Below are positions 60,385 through 64,000 of a stretch of 64,000 nucleotides of DNA, in pieces. The DNA lies in the IMG/VR virus record IMGVR_UViG_3300032289_001838, positions 17,590 to 81,589 of that record. One strand, written 5' to 3'. The notes below the pieces were generated by a model. The model saw nothing but the letters and a program-made list of their open reading frames with translations, made no database searches and was not told the origin of the DNA. A program made the translations under genes and the position numbers. This stretch comes from a virus. Within the stretch, counting starts at the first letter, position 1; the number at the start of each line of letters is the position of its first letter.

Positions 60385-60474
60385 CGGAGGCGAAGGGTGC
60401 TGCCCCCTCAGTGGCTTTTAGACCACGGCAGTTTAGCAAACTGCTGTAGAAACCTGACTATCTACGTCACCTCC
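60385..60474 (-). tRNA. tRNA-Ser(GCT)
   Basis: GGAGGTG/CGCCTCC-G, loop TTGCTAA, long variable arm; atypical T-loop GGCAGCA; no CCA. Confidence 0.85.
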
Positions 60475-60518
60475 ATAAAATCTTTTGACAAACTCCGATT
60501 TCTTCAAGGAACAATATC

Positions 60519-60547
60519 AATATATCAGTTCTCGGTTCCAATGTCAA
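60519..60547 (-). promoter_or_regulatory. sigma70-like promoter inside tRNA array
   Basis: TTGACA-17 nt-TATATT. Confidence 0.5.
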
Positions 60548-60567
60548 GTGGAGTTGTATTTAAAGAG

Positions 60568-60651
60568 CGGAAGCAACAGGAATCGAACCTGTGAGGGTTT
60601 ATGGCCCCAGCTGTTTTCAAGACAGTTTCCTCGACCTGCCGGACTACTTCC
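60568..60651 (-). tRNA. tRNA-Ser(TGA)
   Basis: GGAAGTA/TGCTTCC-G, loop CTTGAAA, long variable arm, TTCGATT. Confidence 0.87.
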
Positions 60652-60662
60652 ATAAAATAAAT

Positions 60663-60740
60663 TGGTGGACCAGGTGAGAATCGAACTCACATCAGACTGA
60701 TTGCAAACCAGTCTCGCTTAGCCTTAGAACATGCCAGCCC
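60663..60740 (-). tRNA. tRNA-Ala(TGC), second copy
   Basis: GGGCTGG/CTGGTCC-A-CCA with G3:U70, loop TTTGCAA. Confidence 0.82.
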
Positions 60741-60747
60741 ATAAATT

Positions 60748-60832
60748 TGGTAGGTGTGGTAGGATTCGAACCTACATAGGATACAATATTTTAAGTATTG
60801 CGGTTGTTCCAGTTTCCCTTATCCACACACCC
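60748..60832 (-). tRNA. tRNA-Leu(TAA)
   Basis: CAATA-CTTAAAA-TATTG, TTCGAAT, A73-CCA; enlarged D region, 8-nt variable region. Confidence 0.85.
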
Positions 60833-60839
60833 GTTAAAT

Positions 60840-60917
60840 TGGTAGTTACGACTGGATTCGAACCAGCACTATTCTATTTTTGAGATAGACGACTCCTTCC
60901 AGTTGGTCTACGTAACC
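60840..60917 (-). tRNA. tRNA-Leu(CAA)
   Basis: TCTAT-CTCAAAA-ATAGA, TTCGAAT, A73-CCA; 5-nt variable loop. Confidence 0.87.
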
Positions 60918-60925
60918 ATTGAAAT

Positions 60926-61009
60926 TGGTGGGCATAGAGGGACTTGAACCCCCACGGATTTCTCCACGAGCTTCTAAAACTCGCATGGCTGCGATTACAT
61001 CATATGCCC
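60926..61009 (-). tRNA. tRNA-Leu(TAG)
   Basis: CGAGT-TTTAGAA-GCTCG, long variable arm, TTCAAGT, CCA. Confidence 0.9.
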
Positions 61010-61019
61010 AATTAAAAGA

Positions 61020-61104
61020 TGGTCGGAGTGATAGGACTTGCACCTACAGGTCTTTCGATCCAGTTCCCAAAACTGGCCCGCCCCTATTTACGGACTACAC
61101 TCCG
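61020..61104 (-). tRNA. tRNA-Pro(TGG) with long variable arm
   Basis: CGGAGTG/CACTCCG-A-CCA, CCAGT-TTTGGGA-ACTGG, 12-nt variable arm, T-loop TGCAAGT. Confidence 0.8.
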
Positions 61105-61111
61105 ATTAAAA

Positions 61112-61187
61112 TGGTAGGTGGTATAGGATTTAAACCTATGACATTTTGCGTGTAAAGCAAATGCTCTATCAACTGAGCTAACCACCC
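61112..61187 (-). tRNA. tRNA-Val(TAC)
   Basis: TTTGC-TTTACAC-GCAAA, A73-CCA; T-loop TTTAAAT. Confidence 0.9.
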
Positions 61188-61326
61188 ATTTAAAAATTGT
61201 TATATACTTTATGTCATTATCGCCAGATGGGTTCTGTATTTCAGCATAACACCCAGTGACCGATCAAATGTTTTAACTTATGTTGGGGACATCAGATAGA
61301 GTTTCAACCCCGTTCGTTATATTTCT

Positions 61327-61354
61327 AATATACCACACCTTCTCAAATTGTCAA
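61327..61354 (-). promoter_or_regulatory. sigma70-like promoter for tRNA array
   Basis: TTGACA-16 nt-TATATT with TG upstream of the -10. Confidence 0.7.
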
Positions 61355-61359
61355 CACCT

Positions 61360-61401
61360 AAAAATCAAAAACCCGTCATTCTTTTTTTGAAGTGACGGGT
61401 T
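61360..61401 (-). terminator. intrinsic terminator upstream of tRNA array
   Basis: AACCCGTCACTTC...GAATGACGGGTT followed by TTTGATTTTT. Confidence 0.8.
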
Positions 61402-61429
61402 GGTTCTTTAAGAGCAAACAACCTCGCCT

Positions 61430-61483
61430 TCAACTTCCAGATGGGAGTTGACTGGCTTGACTAGGTTGTGAAATTAAATTCAT
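61430..61483 (-). CDS. candidate 17-aa leader peptide
   Basis: MNLISQPSQASQLPSGS* embedded in alternative hairpins before a terminator. Confidence 0.4.
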   Translation of the reverse strand: MNLISQPSQASQLPSGS

Positions 61484-61531
61484 ATTGTTACTAATATATA
61501 GTATTCAGAATGACTAATCAATAAATTTTTA

Positions 61532-61759
61532 TTATTTTCCAAACAATTTTTTATACCAAGCACTTCCATTACTTCCATTTGAACCATTGGATCCGTTAGA
61601 CCCACGTGATCCATTTGACCCACTTGTTTTAGAAGTTCCACTTGAACTGCTTGTGTTTGATTTTAATTGTTGATTGTTTCCATTTGATCCGTTTGAACCA
61701 TTTGAACCATTTGAACCATTTGAACCATTTGAACCACTGCTTCCTGTATTATATGACAT
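61532..61759 (-). CDS. small (Ser-Asn-Gly)n repeat protein
   Basis: 75 aa, two SNG tracts, amphipathic C-terminus AWYKKLFGK; TATTTATA upstream. Confidence 0.7.
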   Translation of the reverse strand: MSYNTGSSGSNGSNGSNGSNGSNGSNGNNQQLKSNTSSSSGTSKTSGSNGSRGSNGSNGSNGSNGSAWYKKLFGK

Positions 61760-61806
61760 AAAAATAAACCTTTCTTTAATTATAAATAGATTATTAAAAA
61801 TGAAAA

Positions 61807-61830
61807 AACCCGCTTATTTCTAAGCGGGTT
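61807..61830 (-). terminator. intrinsic terminator after outer-membrane protein gene
   Basis: AACCCGCTTA/TAAGCGGGTT with U tract. Confidence 0.85.
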
Positions 61831-61853
61831 ATCATACACTATTTTAGTCTAGA

Positions 61854-62564
61854 TTAGAATGTCAATCTCAAACCACCGGAATATACTACATCACCACTAA
61901 ATTCACGGGTTGCCCAATTATAATTTCCAACCTTGAAATTATTATCATACCATCCAACAGTAGCAAATGGAGTCAATACACCAAATGAAGTTTCAAATGG
62001 ACGAGTCAATGATGCCTTAGCATTTACAGCAGTATAATCACTATTAGCTCCGAATATCTTACCATATTCAACAGCTGGAGTAATTACAAAACCAAATGGT
62101 AACTTTTGAGCACGTTCCAAACCAACAAATGCACCCTTTTGATCTAAATCAATATCAAACGCACCACGTACATATGGAGTAGCCAACTTGTTTGGTAGAG
62201 CCAACTTAACACCGAATTCAGTGCTGTTTGGAATACCAAAATTACCAGCTTGGTGACGGGTTACAGTCGCATCGGCACGGGCAGAAAATACATCCTTCCA
62301 CACACTAACTTCCTTACCAGTACCCAACGTCCAGTGTGACTGATCTTGGTCACCATTGGCCAAAAGAGTACCACCCAAGTATACATCAGCATACTTTAGA
62401 CTCTTTACAGCACCTACACCAACGAATGCTGATCCTTCAGAACGAGCAACACCGTTTACAATGTATTGGTTGTTATACCCAGCTTCTACTGAGAGATTTG
62501 AGTTATCTCCGGCAGTAACCGCTAGAGCTGTCAACAATGACACTAATACTAATATTTTCTTCAT
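61854..62564 (-). CDS. outer-membrane beta-barrel protein (putative porin)
   Basis: Signal peptide MKKILVLVSLLTALAVTA, alternating beta strands, C-terminal GGLRLTF; AAGGA ribosome-binding site. Confidence 0.8.
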   Translation of the reverse strand: MKKILVLVSLLTALAVTAGDNSNLSVEAGYNNQYIVNGVARSEGSAFVGVGAVKSLKYADVYLGGTLLANGDQDQSHWTLGTGKEVSVWKDVFSARADATVTRHQAGNFGIPNSTEFGVKLALPNKLATPYVRGAFDIDLDQKGAFVGLERAQKLPFGFVITPAVEYGKIFGANSDYTAVNAKASLTRPFETSFGVLTPFATVGWYDNNFKVGNYNWATREFSGDVVYSGGLRLTF

Positions 62565-62712
62565 ATTTAACTATCCTTTATTTTGTTTGTTTATGTTTAC
62601 TAACTACGTTAAGAACAGCTTAACGTTATCCGGAAAAATCAGTAAAATGTATTTTCCGAAATTTATCAACTATATATAGTTTATATAATTTTATAATAAC
62701 TTGTTTATTTAG

Positions 62713-63033
62713 TCAAGCAGATTTTGTTCGCTTTAGTCGTTTATTCAAAACTTTATCTTTTTCAGGCAAATAAACATACGAAGCCTTTAAACTTCTTTTG
62801 CTCTCGCCTAATACCGTTAACGTTTCTTCATGTACATCCAAAGTCTTTATAATAGCGTTCTTAACGAATCGAAAACTATCGGTACCAACAACCTCAATAC
62901 AAATACCATACGTTAGATCTCTATATTGGACATCAGTTGCGCCATATTTAGAACATAACATATCTTTAATCTTTGTCTTTTTGTCTTCACTAAAGACTAA
63001 ATTCGCCATATCAATTTTACTTAGTTCATTCAT
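62713..63033 (-). CDS. hypothetical protein
   Basis: 106-aa ORF right after a consensus promoter. Confidence 0.7.
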   Translation of the reverse strand: MNELSKIDMANLVFSEDKKTKIKDMLCSKYGATDVQYRDLTYGICIEVVGTDSFRFVKNAIIKTLDVHEETLTVLGESKRSLKASYVYLPEKDKVLNKRLKRTKSA

Positions 63034-63044
63034 ACTATATTTTT

Positions 63045-63072
63045 ATTATACTTGTTACCGTCGCATTGTCAA
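63045..63072 (-). promoter_or_regulatory. consensus sigma70 promoter
   Basis: TTGACA-16 nt-TATAAT. Confidence 0.8.
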
Positions 63073-63134
63073 TAAAAAACAAAACGATTAATTTTTACAT
63101 TAATCGTTTCACTTTATATAAATTTATTTGATTT

Positions 63135-63560
63135 TTACTTCTTTTTAATTTTATCTACAACCTTTTTAAGTTTTTCAGGCTGATTTTTTTGTAACCATTT
63201 GAAATAATCTTCTTTCTCTCTACGAGACAATTCACTATCTCTATAAAGATTAGCATATTTTTTCACAATATCTCTAAATGGATCACCACTTTCATTTGTC
63301 TTCTTAAGTCTGTCGATTTTTGCTTTTAACATCTTTTTATACTTCTCTATAGAACCATAATCTTTTGCTCTACTTGGATCTGGATTCTTTAACAACTTTT
63401 CCAAATCTTTAATATCTTCAACTTTATCGTTTTCAGATAAATGAGCAGTCAATTCATCACTTTCAACTTCAGCGGCATGATTTGGTTCACCCTTATAATC
63501 TTCAGCAAGAATTTCTTTGGTCAAACTCTTAATTAACTTTTTTAAATCGTTCTTAGTCAT
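63135..63560 (-). CDS. charged hypothetical protein, possible capsid-internal protein
   Basis: MTKNDLKKLIKSLTKEILAE N-terminus; TATTTATA upstream. Confidence 0.7.
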   Translation of the reverse strand: MTKNDLKKLIKSLTKEILAEDYKGEPNHAAEVESDELTAHLSENDKVEDIKDLEKLLKNPDPSRAKDYGSIEKYKKMLKAKIDRLKKTNESGDPFRDIVKKYANLYRDSELSRREKEDYFKWLQKNQPEKLKKVVDKIKKK

Positions 63561-63580
63561 ATATTATAAATATATTAATT

Positions 63581-63754
63581 TTATTTATTCTGCTTTATAT
63601 TCTCACACCAACCATTTCTATGTTTAGATATCCAATCAACCAATGCATGTTCAAATCCTATATCATTGCTGTTTTTTTCACTTTCTATCCATTTATGTTT
63701 TTCTATTTCTTTTTTCAATTCAAAAAACTTTTGATATAGATTAAATTCATTCAT
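63581..63754 (-). CDS. small DUF4032-like protein (57 aa)
   Basis: Read by eye MNEFNLYQKFFELKKEIEKHKWIESEKNSNDIGFEHALVDWISKHRNGW... Confidence 0.75.
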   Translation of the reverse strand: MNEFNLYQKFFELKKEIEKHKWIESEKNSNDIGFEHALVDWISKHRNGWCENIKQNK

Positions 63755-63773
63755 ACCAAAATAAGTAGTTTGG

Positions 63774-63974
63774 TTATCTCAACGGTATATACAAATCTCC
63801 TGTCAATCCTTTTTTACTCAAATAACTAGCGTCACTCACTGCCAATGGACTCTTTACATACCCATATTTCTTACTCAATATCTTACGTAACTCTTTACCA
63901 GCTAACTGTATTAAATCTAATTGTTCTTGATCACTACTATATTTAATTTTACCAGCAAGTCCAGTCGGTAACAT
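63774..63974 (-). CDS. hypothetical protein (may extend beyond the window)
   Basis: 66-aa ORF from the ORF track; true start may lie upstream of the window end. Confidence 0.5.
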   Translation of the reverse strand: MLPTGLAGKIKYSSDQEQLDLIQLAGKELRKILSKKYGYVKSPLAVSDASYLSKKGLTGDLYIPLR

Positions 63975-64000
63975 ATTTTCATACTGTTTATATAAATTAA

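Noticed and set aside
58559-61155. Short ORFs overlapping the tRNA array (58559, 58735, 60397, 60846, 60919)
   Set aside because: They coincide with tRNA or structured RNA genes and have no protein-like features
1-64000. Alternative genetic code (stop-codon reassignment), common in large phages
   Set aside because: Genes are long and tightly packed in the standard code, TAG and TGA end genes at sensible places, and no suppressor tRNA was seen

Overview
AT-rich segment of a large T4-like (myovirus) bacteriophage genome, almost entirely on the minus strand and read in the standard code. A Verrucomicrobiota host is inferred weakly from two small genes. In window order: portal; a terminase large subunit fractured by an atypically split intein with a free-standing endonuclease between the halves; a run of probable capsid-internal proteins; a homing endonuclease; a greatly expanded tail sheath; a glycosylation/methylation cluster with two Aah/TibC-like heptosyltransferase domains; fused Mre11-Rad50 (SbcDC), primase and RuvC; a long baseplate/tail module of Ser/Gly-rich proteins; a probable late sigma factor, Hsp20, fibre genes and PhoH; a tmRNA; a 13-tRNA array containing two paralogous endonucleases; and an outer-membrane beta-barrel gene. 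The least explained signals are non-coding and lie in the tRNA array: a 177-nt tRNA-like RNA whose T-arm is replaced by a long hairpin, further structured spacer RNAs, an orphan tRNA 3' half fused to an endonuclease stop codon, and a leader-peptide attenuator-like element upstream. All calls come from reading motifs and folding by eye; no searches were run.
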